DNA of 62,293 bases, counting the filler, from Hausera hauseri (lineage: Eukaryota), in assembly GCA_046269625.1 (NCBI GenBank). It is 11 parts of 11 records of this genome, joined end to end, with 100 filler letters (N's around TTAATTAATTAA, not from the genome) between each part and the next. Parts side by side here need not be neighbours in the genome. Positions count along the whole stretch, not along the records: positions 6,806 to 12,565 come from JBJURY010193193.1; positions 12,666 to 18,430 come from JBJURY010192416.1; positions 18,531 to 22,471 come from JBJURY010871293.1; 8 more parts are not named here. One strand, 5' to 3'. This document shows, piece after piece, positions 9,230 through 22,382 of the stretch. The position numbers were made by a program, and so were the translations under genes. The notes below the pieces were generated by a model. The model was not told the origin of the DNA. It made no database searches and saw nothing but the letters and a program-made list of their open reading frames with translations. Within the stretch, counting starts at the first letter, position 1; each line of letters starts with the position of its first letter.

Positions 9230-12200
9230 AGCAGAAACCACCCATTACTGTCAAGTACGACCTAAAGAGATCGTACGTGGACATAAAAGCGAACATGTCG
9301 GCGACAAAAACAACGCACTTGAGACATGTTCCGCATAAAGTTCCCTACCAGTTGGAATCCGAAGTGGAGAAAATCAAACAACATCAACACCATTGCAAAG
9401 TGCAATATTGTGCACTTGCAGAATTTGGAAACGTGCAAGGTGACAGGAAACAGTGGTACTTGTCACATCGAGCCGAACAGCATTTTGACAATTTTATTGC
9501 CGATGTAGGCTAAAAGCTCGATAAAAAAATCGAAAACTACACCGAAAATAGTAGTGGATGGCGAATTATAAAAATAATCACTCTCGGCTTTATCGTAACA
9601 AAGTCGAGTGACATAATTTACCTGTCCGGTCGATCATTTATACCGTCACCTACACCCTGCAGCATTCACATGCAGTATTGAATGTAAAAAATACAGTATT
9701 CTGGCGGTAATAAAATATGACCAAGTGGACAGACATAGTGCAAATCGTCCAAATCAGTATCGGCAGTACTTTTCCGAATTGGATTTCGATGAGTACTGGA
9801 TGCCGATGAAACTAAACACCAATCCGGCTTTTGAACGGCGTAATCCAACACTGGCAATAAATGTGTTGCGGTAAAATACAATCCTAGAAATAACGGCAAA
9901 CGAAGAGATATATAAGAACCCGCATGTGGACATAATATATCGAAATCGGAACGCAACGGGACGCCAAATATATTTGTTACTGCTGGAACAAAAAGAAAAT
10001 TTCCATTACATGGTAGTGACCAATTTGGACCGACTGTTGAACATGGATCATCATCAGTTTGTCCAAAAACGTATACAATGTAAATGGTGTCCTGTATGTC
10101 TGCATGGTTTCAGGTTGAAAACAACATACGAGAAACATGTGGAGCTGTGCAAGCAGAATTTAACGGGAACAACCATGTACGTCATGTCACTCAAAAAGGA
10201 GCTCCGATTCAGTGATTGGTCGAAAACGGACAGTCCGGCATATGTGGTATATGCCGATATTGAGGCAATTCTACCACGGCATAACGAGTATGATCAAAAA
10301 CATGTTCCAATTACCGTTGGTATGTTGATGGTCCCAATAAAAACGGTCGGTCAGCTGCAGTATTACGCCTTTCACGGCTGGAACTGTGTACGTGATTTCC
10401 AGCAGCGTTTAGAAACTATAGTAGAAATGGAAATAGAGCCCTGGTATCGCAATAATTCCACTAAGCCATTTATGTGGGCAGATAAATATGAACCGCTGAT
10501 GTTCGCTGCGACTGATGAATGTTACCTGTGCCACAAAATATTATCGTTTGGCGCACTGGAACGGCTCGTACCGGATCACGATAATTTCACTGGTCAATAC
10601 TTGGGAGCAGCATGCAACGCATACAATTTAGCAAGACGGGTGCGGCCATTCCTGCCGGTGATATTTCATAACTTCAGGGGTTATAACTGTCACTAAATTC
10701 TAAAATGGACCATAAATGGATTTCCGCACTAAGTAATATCCATAATCCCAACAACGATGGAGAAGTACCTGTCCTTATCGGCAGGCATAAACCGGTTCCA
10801 GGTACGCTTCCTCGATTTATTGCAATTTCTCAATTAATCGCTGGCAAAGCTGGTAAATGCCTTGCCGGATGTGCCGATAATATTGACGCAGTTCCCCGCA
10901 CATATTGCACGCATTAAAGGTATACTCCCGTATGACTTTGCTGTGTCATATAAGCGACTCCGGACCACAGAAGAATTACTGCCGCGATGGATAGGTATCA
11001 CAGAACATGAATATCACAGAGCACAAGAATCTTGGACAGAGCTCGGTTGTAGAAACATATTTACTACATGCTTCATTATCTAAAGTTCGATGTGTACCTA
11101 TTAGCCGATGTATTTCAGACATTTCGGGCTAAAGCGTTGGAGAAAGATAGGTTGGAACCGCTCAACTTTTACTCAATACCGGGAATGAGTTGGGCATCGG
11201 AACTAATGTCACTTGATCGGGCCATTGACCTGCTACAAGACCCGAAATGTACCGACTGTTTGATGTCGGTATTCGTGGCGGTATAGCGTTTGTCAACAAG
11301 CATCACGTAACCAGTGATGATACAACGTCAAAGTTGTACATCGATATTAATAACCTGTACGGCTGGGCGCTTTCGCAACCCTTGCCGTACGGTTCATTTG
11401 AATGGATAATGGACAATCAAGAACTAGATACATTGCTGGTTAGTCTTTCAGAAGCAGCAGCAGCAGCCAACACGATAGAAAGCAGCTCAGTCGGCTACCT
11501 AATGGAAGTTGATCACGTAGTACCGGATGATATGCATGACGCTCTGGACGAATTACCCGTGGCACCAATCAGACAATGTCCACCCGACGGCTCGACAAAA
11601 GTAAAGAAGCTGCCCATGACACTTTAACCCAAATCGAATTTCGTGGTTCATTGGCGTCTGCTGCAGTTTTACATGCAGCTCGGCGTACGCGTCACACAGC
11701 TGCATCGTGCAATCCGCTTCAATAAGGCGCCGATATTCAAGGCGTACATTAATGGAAATTCCGGGAAACGAGCCGCAGCTTGTACAAAGTTCGCAAAGGA
11801 CTATTACAAACTCAAAAACAATTCACTGTACGGGAAAACAGTGGAAAATCTGAAGAAGCGGCTCAGTGTGCGCCTGTGCAACAACGAAAAACGACTGGTT
11901 ACATACACCAGCCAGGCTCAGTTCAAGCGGTCAATGCACATTGCCAATAGATTGGTCGCCGTGCTTCTAAACCGGGAAGAAGTCGTACTGGATCGGCCAA
12001 TCTACATCGGACAAGTAGTATTGGACCTGAGAAAGTTGCGAATGTACGAGCTTTAGTATCGCGACTTGGCACGTTACTGGCAAATGTTCGGCGGCGGCGG
12101 TGGCGGCTGAGATCAGTATCGTTGCCGGTGATACAGATAGCTTTTTCCTTGAGCTGAAAAACGTCAATCGAGACCAGTTGCTCCAACAAATGATGTCATA

Positions 12201-12565
12201 TGGACTAATGGACACGTCCAACTACCAATTGGACCATCCACTGTACAGCAGCGTGATAACAAACAAAATCGGCTGCTTCAAGGACGAAAGTAAAGGCCGG
12301 GTTCAATATAGGGAATGGATGTTTTTGCGCCCAAAGTGTTACAGTCTTCTGGAGGACTGGGCCAAAAATGCGGGCAAAAGGCATCCAGCTGAAACAGACG
12401 GAAATAAATCACGGTGATCATCGCTGTGTCTATGATGGACAGGAAGAAGACGGAGAAGGAAAGGCTGTTGTGTCTCAAACGAACGTATGATCGATTGAGC
12501 ACCAGCTGTATACCATCACAAATAAAAAGGTTGCTTTGTCATGCAACGATGACAAGCGAAAGTGG
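9230..12565 (+). pseudogene. polB: Decayed Polinton-type pPolB (many frameshifts and stops)
   Basis: Fragments in order: ENSSGWRI, YVVYADIE, DHDNFTGQYLGAACN, IFHNFRGY, LKFDVYLLADVF, GIRGG, YIDINNLYG, KLKNNSLYGK, GDTDS, KIGCFKDE, LRPKCYS. Confidence 0.92.
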
Positions 12566-12665
12566 NNNNNNNNNNNNNNNNNNNNNNNNNNNNNNNNNNN
12601 NNNNNNNNNTTAATTAATTAANNNNNNNNNNNNNNNNNNNNNNNNNNNNNNNNNNNNNNNNNNNN

Positions 12666-13217
12666 ATTCGGATACCATTATCGAATAGTCCACGTCTTGG
12701 GCTTTCGTTCCATATGCTACTCGACGCCCGCCGCCTTCATCAGTGCACACACGGGCTTCTGTGACGTCATTGGTGCATCGTGCACCCGTCTTTCCGGTGC
12801 CGTTCGGCTACTCACAGGCCCACTGTTTTGGGGCCATCAACCGTTGATCGCCAACGTTTCCCACTTCCCCACAAACTATAGGCCGGTTCTGGATCACTTT
12901 TTTGCCTGAGCCCCTTTCTTCCGCCCGACATCCCATCGACTTCGGTCCTTCACCGTTCGATGCGCCTTTTCTTCCCCTTCATTCCTATATGCCACACACC
13001 TCCGTGCACCACTTCCTTCTTACATCCGCTTTTTTCGTTCACTTCCCCTGCTTCCGGGGTGCACCATGCACCGTGCGCGGTGTGTTTTTTGAAATCTACG
13101 TCGTCGATTCTATCCGTCCGTGCGGGTGTGCGCATCAAGCAAGCTTCGGATTGGCTGCATGAGGTGGGCCCGGGGGGCAGGGGTGGGGTGAGCCAGTACC
13201 GGCATTTTTCTACTACT
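12666..13217 (-). mobile_element. Polinton-like terminal inverted repeat, terminus at 13217
   Basis: Minus strand reads AGTAGTAGAAAAATGCCGGTACTGGCTCACCCC, matching the termini at 18074 and 22383. GC-rich, GTGCAC-rich interior. Confidence 0.7.
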
Positions 13218-13925
13218 CTCGTCGTTAAAACAAAAACTGTAATACACGATGGAACTGATATTATAACAGATTCCGATATAACACCGTCGAATTTTATGCT
13301 CCACGCACTATTCAAAAAAGCAACGCTCACACTGAACAATGTCAAAATGGAGGATACAAACGATACATATATGCAGAAATCTATTATCGAAAATGTTCTC
13401 AATTTTGATAATCATACCAAAACCGTATTCCTAGAGTCCATAAGGACGTAGCTAAATGTAAAGAGTGGATGAAAAAGTCTGTATCTCTGATAATTTGTGG
13501 TTCGCTGCATTTGCATTTCTTTAACCAACCAAAATATCTACTGCCACGTATTAATGTAAACCTTAAATTGACAAAAAATGTCGGTTCGGTTGTTTACAAA
13601 TACGTTAAAGGAACTGCTGCTCATTCTACGTGTGAATGTAGATCAATCCAAAATGATTGGACATCGTCAATGATTGAATGCGTAGAATGCAGTGTATCCG
13701 TTTCAGGAAACGAAAATAGTTCACTTTACCATTCCAAAAGATTTCCATGGAGAATATAAGGGCAATCTGTTTTCCGATGAACGATTACAAAAATTTGTTA
13801 TGATTGCTTTTCAAACATCAAAACAAGCGAATAGCGATTATGGTTCATTTTGTAGTCAGTTTGCAAATAACGGTGTAAAATCCATAACTAGTATGCGAAA
13901 CACTGACTTCCGCGAAACGTACTCG
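13218..13925 (+). pseudogene. Polinton/Maverick major capsid protein (double jelly-roll, F54H12.2-like) fragment
   Basis: LHALFKKATLTLNN..DTYMQKSIIENVLNF, GSLHLHFFNQPKYLLPRINVNLKLTK and NLFSDERLQKFVMIAF resemble the conserved blocks of Maverick MCPs. Split across three frames. Confidence 0.75.
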
Positions 13926-13929
13926 TGGT

Positions 13930-16194
13930 GCCCGAGTTCGCGGCACCACACTACAATTTGCAAGTGAACTTTTCTAACTTTTCCTCCTTTCAGAAAAAGT
14001 CAATTTCCTTGGCCACGTCGTCACACCCGATGGTCACAGTCCACAGCCTAATAGAATTCTTCAGTTACGAAACATCGATCTACCAAAAACCAATACTGAC
14101 ATCCGTAGTTTCCTTGGGACTTTACATTTTGCTCATAAATACATCCCACACTATAGCCAGTTAACTGCTCCTTTCGCTCAATTAGGAGCAGGGCCGAAGA
14201 AAAAACTTATATATTGGACACCAGAACTTGTAAACCAGTTTGACGAACTCCGCGACAAGCTTAAAACAGTTGAAGTATTAGCTTACCCAAAATCTGATGC
14301 CGACCTTATTCTGACAACTGATGCATCAACCACAACAGTATGAGAAGTTCTTCACCAAATATCTCAAGGTACAAATGAGCCACTAGAATTCTTTTCACGT
14401 AAGCTTCAGCCACAAGAACGCCGTTATTCCACCTTCGATAGAGAACTCTTGGCCATTGTTTTAGCTCTGAAACACTTTTCACATTTACTTATAGCTCGTT
14501 ACTTCGCCACTCAAACGGACCATAAACCTCTCGTCCACGTAATGAACATGAAACAACCACCACTCCGTCAAGAACGCGATATATCGTACCTGTCAAAATT
14601 TAACTTTAAAATTTGCCATATTACTGGCACAGACAATTTAATAGCCGATTTCTTATCACGATCAGTCGGTGCAATTAGTGTCACACAATATTCTCCAAAG
14701 AACAATTAGTCTAAAACTCCCCTTCAGCGGATATTCTTAAACAATGCAAATCTGTACAAATCATCGATGGCGTAGCCATGGACACGTCGACACCTGGACA
14801 ACATTTGTCAATCTTGGCACCTTCCCTACAACAAATTGCATTTAATCATATCTATTCGTTACATCGCCCAGGTACAAAGGCTACATTCCGCCTTCTCAAA
14901 CGTCACGTAACTTGGCAACCGATAAGGTCTAACTTACAGGACTGGGATAGACGATGTGTGACTTGCCAAAAATTCAAAGTAGCTAAGATCTCAAGGCACC
15001 TTTATTTCATTTCCCCTGCACGTTCCGTTTTGAATCTGTACATCTAGATATCATAGGCTCATTACCTTCCGATAACGGCCACCAATTCATCTTAACAATG
15101 ATGGACCGCGCATCTTGTTGGTCTGAAGCCGTTCCATGGCGCTCCATCAATATAGACTCCATAGCCGAAGCATTCATAAGAATTTTTGATTAGCCGGTTC
15201 GGTTCATTTCGCTATATAATTACAGACCAAGGTCCTCAATTTTAATCGAACTTATTCAAGTCTTTAGTTAATCGACTGGGCATAAATCATATACATGCAA
15301 CTCCATATCACCCGCAGTCAAACGGCTTATTGGAACGCTTTCACCGCACATTTAAAATCTCGCAGAAAATTCTGGCTGAAACTCATACCAACTGGACTAC
15401 TACCCTTCCTTTCGTTCTACTCCGGTGGCGCAACACACCCTCTACTACCACTGGTTGCGCACCGCTGAAGAAATTTTTGGTACCACAATTCGTGCACTCT
15501 TTGAACTCACCGGTTTGGACAACACACCAACTGACGAAACCATTAGGTCCGCACAAAATCATTTCGTCCAGTAAAGCCACGACTCTTTCTGAAAAATATT
15601 ACATGGTGACAAAACATACTTACCTGATTCACTATTTAATGCAAAGTTCGTGTGATTAAAAAACCTTTCACCTCCCAGATTCCAACCAAACTATTTAGGA
15701 CCATTCAAAGTCCTCAATATTACCTCACACACAGAGTTACAATACTCAAAAACTACAAAGAACAAAACGTGCACGTAACCTACATAAAACCCGCATTCTT
15801 CGTTAATGACACACCGGATCCTTCGATTGATTTTGCATAAACTTTTTTTGACTCCTTCAATTCTTCATCCACTCTGCCTACACGACAATCTGCTACTCCA
15901 AAACCTACATCAACCCAAAAATCTATACTAAGCGACATACCAACCAGTTCTCAACCTGCTGACAGATCAAATCAATATATAACTTCCTCCCAACTAACTC
16001 AGCAAACAATCAAACAACACGCTAAACAACATAAGACAGTTACCTTCAGTAAATATAACAGAGAACAAAACATCAATAAGGTTTCACGCCTTGTCCACAC
16101 AAAGACTCAATAGTTTACATATACTGTTCTGCTTGGCCTTTTTCTTTCTCCTACATTAATGGCCCATTGGTAACATCTTTATAACGGGGGGTAG
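13930..16194 (+). mobile_element. Decayed Ty3/Gypsy pol (RT end, RNase H, integrase) ending in a polypurine tract
   Basis: VNFLGHVV, LILTTDAS, PLEFFSRKL..RYSTFDRELLAI, TDHKPL, CVTCQK, TDQGPQF, YHPQSNGLLERFHRT. GGGGGGTAG lies just before the 10-N gap. Confidence 0.88.
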
Positions 16195-17762
16195 NNNNNN
16201 NNNNCTGCAGTCAGTGCAAGAATAGCTCAGATAAACAAACCAGATTATTGCTCTACTCCAGATAACAAAAATAAAGTTGAACTCAAATCAGAATTAGACA
16301 CGTTTTCAAAACAATGGTTGTACGTCAATGGATTCCTACACTTGTAGTTCAGATGCACTCCTGAGAAATATTATCGATCAACCTAATGGAACCAATCAAA
16401 TGATTTCATACCTCAATTCTATCAATGATATGTCCACAGAAACATCTTTGTTCAATCACTTGTCTTTGAAACCATATTTTTCCTTCACATGTGCTCAAAG
16501 TTCTTTATTTGGAAGACATTTTCAATTAAGACAGTTTCAGTCGATGATATTTTAACGGCAATCCTGGACAAGGTACCACGAAGTGTTAACATTATAACGT
16601 TTAATGCATCAAACAATGTTCCATTGAATGAAGACATATGTGCAGTGATCAGCGCCGGTATTTTGTATTTTGTCGGCCCGTGTATCACAGAAGATTGGTA
16701 TCCGAAGTTGGCATTAAGTTTTTTATACTATCTTATAACAATGACTAATCACGCGTTCCTACTCGGTAACAATATTTAATGTTGTTGATCGGGATGTTTT
16801 TCCACAAATGTGGATCGTAAAATGGCTCGGAATATTCGATTGTTATCATCTAATGATGGAGTTGTTGTGATGTTATTTCGATTGCAGGCTAGAGTATTTA
16901 ACTTTTTCAATTTTTACTGGAATGTTTTCAAAATGTCTTCTACACAATTAGTTATTGAATGAATAAAAGAAAACGTAAAGTTCAGATTTTGAGACAGAAA
17001 CGGGATAAAGGAAATGATATACTGGAATAACTCTGAATGTCATTTTTTTGGATAATTAGTGTATGAACAGTAAAACATTGACGTAGACTCATTGAGCGAC
17101 ATCAGAATAGATATAAGTGACCATATACTTACATACCCTCAGCATTGGTGAACTACTACTATTCTACTTCACTCAATTGCATTTACTGAATATTGAAATG
17201 TCAAGCAGCACAGAAGACAAACAGATTAATAAAATAGATTTGTTATCAGTATTGGGATCATGAATGGATTTTCGATATCGTTAATAAACGTTCTTGAACC
17301 AATTTCCGATGGTGGAATTATACTTTACGCAACGAAATTACTAAATGGATCATGTTATTCCTGAGTCATGAATGGATCTTTGTGGAAAATATTCCGTGAA
17401 ATTTTTGAAAAATCCTCAATCTAGTTGATATTACATCATGGCATTCGTTATACTTTTTATATTTATATTGCTAATCATGGTAATGAAAAATTTTAGGAGA
17501 TTGATTAATTTTTTGATTATTATGAAATGTTATTAGCAATAAATTCTTTTATTTCGTAATGCTTTCTCGTTTTCTCTCGAAGTTACTTTTAACTGGAATG
17601 TAATTTCAAGTGTCAGAATTGGGATTTGCAGCTAATGTTCTTGGGTCTTACGCATTGGTCGTCAGTTTTAATGCTGAAAATATTGATGAATTTCTGAGTT
17701 TGTTTACATCAAATAAATATCTATTTACGGATTGATATGTTGCTGATTCATGCAAAAATGAT

Positions 17763-18014
17763 TTGTTCGCTACTGGCTATGCATTACAGCGGGGATTAAC
17801 GACTGCCGAAAACAGATTTATTGTTTATGCCAAATGCAGAAATCCTGTTGACTTTGCAATTACAATGGAAGTTCCGAGTAAGGCTGACATCAAATTTATT
17901 GACGAAGACGTTGGCGTATACTTGGTTTGTTACACAGTTATAACACCGGGGAAGTACATTTGTTCCATAAAACTCAATGTTCTAAAGTCCCCTTATCGAA
18001 TCATGGTGGAATAA
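17763..18014 (+). pseudogene. Isolated filamin-type Ig repeat fragment
   Basis: ATGYALQRG...F.V...PSKADIKFIDEDVGVYLVCYTVITPGKYICSIK...KSPYRI matches the filamin repeat pattern, but conserved glycines are lost and it has no ATG. Confidence 0.6.
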
Positions 18015-18073
18015 TCTACTAGCAATTCAGTAGACAATTTTATGGGTAGTATAATATCGAGTAATTGAAAGAT

Positions 18074-18430
18074 AGTAGTGTAAAAATGGCGGTTCGCGCC
18101 CACCCACCGGGAGGGGACGAATCAATAAATCGATTTTGCACATGTGTCGATCGATAGTGCACTGCACTATCGATTCATAAAGTGCCTAGCAATGGTGCCG
18201 CTAGGCACCGTTGCTAAGGGCACTTTTGCACTTTTCACTTATCGATTACTGCACGGTGCACTATTGATCGAATCGATCGGGACAAAGTGATAATCGGTAG
18301 AGCACATGAAGATGCATCGATTGGTGCACAGTGCAAGTGTGCAGCACATGTGTAAGTGTGCAAAAATCAATAATATTGGATTTTCGAGTTTTCAAAAATC
18401 GATCTTTGGGGCTCGAGACCGGGTGCAATC
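18074..18430 (+). mobile_element. Polinton-like terminus/TIR with nested palindromes; contig breaks inside it
   Basis: AGTAGTGTAAAAATGGCGGTTCGCGCCCACCC followed by multiple inverted repeats. Confidence 0.65.
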
Positions 18431-18530
18431 NNNNNNNNNNNNNNNNNNNNNNNNNNNNNNNNNNNNNNNNNNNNTTAATTAATTAANNNNNNNNNNNNNN
18501 NNNNNNNNNNNNNNNNNNNNNNNNNNNNNN

Positions 18531-20740
18531 ATCATGTCATAGTCCTTAATGATTTATAGCCTGATACCGGTATAGCGCAGCATTGCTGCCCAGCTTATCC
18601 CTGGAGCCGTGAAGAAATGAACCGGATACAAAGTAAGTCTCTTCACTGTGACATCCCTGAAACTTTTAAATACATCTGTCAGCAACAGCGCATCGGTTTG
18701 GCGATATATATCAATATATTCCCATAATGTTTTGCATTGGAATGCCTGCCAGACGTTCTGAGCATTTTGGTAATCCTCATCACTGATATCACTATCCAAC
18801 AACTGGCTGTAAAAACCATCCTTGAACGGTAATGAGGATTCATCCAGTGTTTCCCATGATGTTATATAATCATAGGAAAACACTCCTTTCCTTTTATCTA
18901 GGTTAAAAATAACCGGAAAGAATCAGTTCGTTTCCTTGAGTTCTTCGGTAGGCAGATTCTTCACGAAACTGTCCAGTGAAGACAACATGAGTGGGAAACT
19001 CTTGATGAAGTAAAGTCGGATTTTACCAACATGCTTAGTGAAAGTTATATATTTCTCCTCACTGTTGTGGATCACTTCTATATTGCTATCAATGATGCCT
19101 AATTCTCGGACTATGAAATGGCTGCCATAGCCGCTGAGATTGTAAAATACTACAGGCACATATGTGCATGTTTTGCATTGTAGATTGCAGTTGTTACATG
19201 CTGTGCCCCGATATGCATTTGTAAAATGGCAGTGATCTTTAACTTTCTAATTTTTCTTGGTGAAGGACTTGTCGCACAAGTAGAATGATGCTGCCTTTCG
19301 CAATTCTTGTTCTTGTATCCAAGACATGCTCATGTCGTTCTTATGTTGTCGTCGCATCTTTTTACCTTATGAGCCATGTCTTCAAGTCTCTTCATGAAAT
19401 GTGCTGCTGCACCTGGACCCCTGAATTGATATGGTTTACTGTTCAATCCCTTGGCATACATACAATACGATGAGAGTTCGTGATATTGGTATGCCGTTGT
19501 ACTGCTATGTTGAGAACTGGGACTGCATGTATGAACTGGCCTGAGAATGGCCTCAAAGTGGCAACAGATTACAATTGGGACCTTGATCTTCTCAAATTCC
19601 TTAAATTCTATATAGTTCTTTTCGGGAAATTCTCACATTATACAATAATTGTTCTTGCAGTATATCTTGTGCTCTTTCAGCTTCTCTACAGCTAACTGAC
19701 CTCTGAAATACAATAAGCATCTTTTACATATTTCGATTCCGTGTTTATGCTTTGTTATTTGGGATATGACTAAACGCTCAAAATTCTTTATCCAAACATA
19801 ATATTTCTTATTGCAATTGTCTAGTAGAAGCAGATCCTTATGGTCTTCCAATTTAGCATTGCATATTTGCAAGGGGTAGAATTTGTCCTCCTCATCCAAT
19901 CCAAAGATAATGATGGACAAGTTGTTGATGCGGCTGAACTTCTTGATTGCATTTATAGATAGAGGGAATGTTATACGCCGAAAGTCGTAGTTGTGTTGGA
20001 GATCATTATATAGTCTAATTCAATCTGTTACATGTTTTTGATCCCGTACAAGTTTACATAAAATGGCATACATGAAGCACTTGTCGTTATCATTAAGGTC
20101 ATTGATACATGTCTTTGATTAATTGTCTATTCCGGAAGCTGTATATAAACTGCCTTGCATGGGGGAGTATCTGTGTATTTATAGAAACAGTCTCTTAATT
20201 GTTGTCAGACTCCATCTACTCTTCTTATCCAGGCTGTCATTGGCTTTACGGATCAGCTTCGTATGCTCTTTATGCAGCCAATCATATATATTTGTGTTTT
20301 CCAATATGGGTCTATTTTTGGTCTTGAAGGTCTTATTTGATTCTTCAGTATCGACGTTGATGTATGCGGCCTCAAGTTTCATATTAAACTTAAGGAACTT
20401 GAGCTCAGTCATATTGTCCTGGAAGATCCCCTCTGTTTCTTCCTTTGTATATTCCAGGAACTCCTTGATGGTTATTTGTCCAGCTGCATTAATGACATAT
20501 TTGCGGACTTTTTTCTTTAATGCAGCAGCATCAACTGGCCGCTATCTTTGGCTTTTTGTCGCAGCCGCTACGTTTGTTGAGCCTGAGGCATCTGATGGAC
20601 CTGATGGGCGTTTTAATCCTGAATATCGATGTACTTCTGCAGGCTGTCCTGCTGCGTCTGGCTGTACTGTGGACTGTAAAACTTGCCTAACCTCATTAAA
20701 TATGATCTTCTTGGACTTTGATGCCAAGTCAGTCAAATAA
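18531..20740 (-). pseudogene. polB: Decayed Polinton-type pPolB (N-terminal ~700 codons)
   Basis: AFKKKVRKY, LKFNMKLEAAY, NDNDKCFMYAIL, YYVWIKNFERLVISQ, DHCHFTNAYRGTACNNCN, PVVFYNLSGYG, KGVFSYDYITSW, DALLLTDVF, TAPGISWAAML. Confidence 0.92.
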
Positions 20741-20765
20741 TGATTATGATCTTCATAGAACTGTA

Positions 20766-20899
20766 AGTAGTTGTATAATGGCTGGTATGGACCAGGGTCT
20801 TAAATTTATTAAAAAAATTTCAATCGTTCGCACGGCTCACTTATGAAAATTTAAAAAAAAATTGAAAAACCAACCCATACCAGCCATTATAAAACTACT
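20766..20899. mobile_element. 134-bp miniature element with 25-bp AGTAGT-initiated inverted repeats
   Basis: agtagttgtataatggctggtatgg (20766-20790) versus ccataccagccattataaaactact (20875-20899), one mismatch. Confidence 0.65.
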
Positions 20900-20924
20900 T
20901 TCATTTTTTTTAAAATTAGTCCAT

Positions 20925-21175
20925 TTTAATTAATTAATTACCCAATTAATTAATTAATTAATTAATTATTAATTAATTATTTAAATTTTATAAAAAATTT
21001 AATGAAAATTTTATAAAAAATTTAAAGAAAAATTCTTAAAACAATTTAATGAAAATTTCTTAAAAAAATTTAATGAAAAATTTTTAAAAATATTTAATGA
21101 AAACTTTTTTAAGAAATTTGAGAAAACTGACCCTATTTAATTAATTAATTATTAATTATTAATTATTAATTAATA
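20925..21175. repeat. AT-rich low-complexity region with (TAAT)n blocks and ~21-bp aatttaatgaaaa repeats
   Basis: Directly visible. Confidence 0.8.
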
Positions 21176-21180
21176 AAAAA

Positions 21181-21315
21181 ATGAGTTCAAATAATTCAAA
21201 TTGTAAATTTTGTGAAACAGGACACATAATAATAAAATCAAATAGTAAATACATTTGGAGTAAATGCACAATTTGTAAATGTTGTATAAATATTATTGAC
21301 ATAAAAAATGCATAA
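21181..21315 (+). CDS. Putative 44-aa zinc-ribbon microprotein
   Basis: MSSNNSNCKFCETGHIIIKSNSKYIWSKCTICKCCINIIDIKNA: two CxxC pairs, A-rich start context. Below the ORF-track cutoff. Confidence 0.35.
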   Translation: MSSNNSNCKFCETGHIIIKSNSKYIWSKCTICKCCINIIDIKNA

Positions 21316-22382
21316 TCCAAAACCACTGATTTTAAATTTAAATAAACCCAAATTTCAAAATAAATTATTTTCAAGTAATTCTCGTTTATTAATAATGACT
21401 CATAGCAAACATAATACAACTATTAGTAAAATTGTTATAAAAATTTCTGCAAGTAATTGATGCTAATTATCAGGTTGAGTTAATTATTATCTTGGGAGTA
21501 AAAAAGAAACCCAGAAAATCAATTTTCATTTCAATTCTTAGATGGTTTGTTATACAATTTGAAGCCAAAGACAGAAAGAATCAAATATTTTCTTACTGAC
21601 AATAAAAACACACTTGATAACCGTAAATTAAAATCCAGTTGTGTTGCTATGTCAACCTGAATGAATATCTCAGGTAAAAGGCACGATGATTTTTCAAATA
21701 AAAAAGCTGAAAGCAATGTACGTGCATTTTATGAGAACTGTATGTAGTCGAACAGAGAGAGAGTACAAGTAATCGATGCAAGTACAATTCACACCAGTCA
21801 TCATTTGTTAATAGTCAGAATTACATTGGAACAGAATTACATCGGAGAATTTCATTTATTAAAAAGTAAGTTAATTTGATTTTTATTTTTTACAAATAAA
21901 GCTAAGATTACATTACATTCTGAAACCCAATATATAGAAGGTTATTTAACTTTGAATTACTTAAATTTCTCTAATGTGTAGAATAATTTGGAAATTCTAT
22001 AAAAGCATGTTGTTTATACTAAAGAACAATGTATTCGTCTAATTTTCAGTTGTTTCTTAGCTTGCATATAAATTTGTGTTTTTGCACATAATAAATTACA
22101 GATTACGAGCCGCGTATTATACGGATTTTAATAAATTCGATAAAGCATTATAGGTCAAAAAATGAGCGAATATTTTTTAAAATCTAAAAATTTACGTGCG
22201 TGTTAAGTGAAAATGGAAGAAATGCAAAATGATGTAACACTTGAAAGCTCTAATCATTAATCATCAAACGTATATACTTGTATAACAAATATTTAAAAAG
22301 CTTCGACTAAAGACCAAAGAAGATTAATTGTGGTAAAATTTCTAATATAACTATTTCTTTTGCCTATTCATTAATTTTGTAT

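Noticed and set aside
12960-13451. 163-aa ORF as a single real gene
   Set aside because: It is a chance fusion of non-coding TIR sequence with the MCP fragment across the junction at 13217.
16205-17700. Short overlapping ORFs after the 10-N gap
   Set aside because: No recognisable domain or consistent frame.
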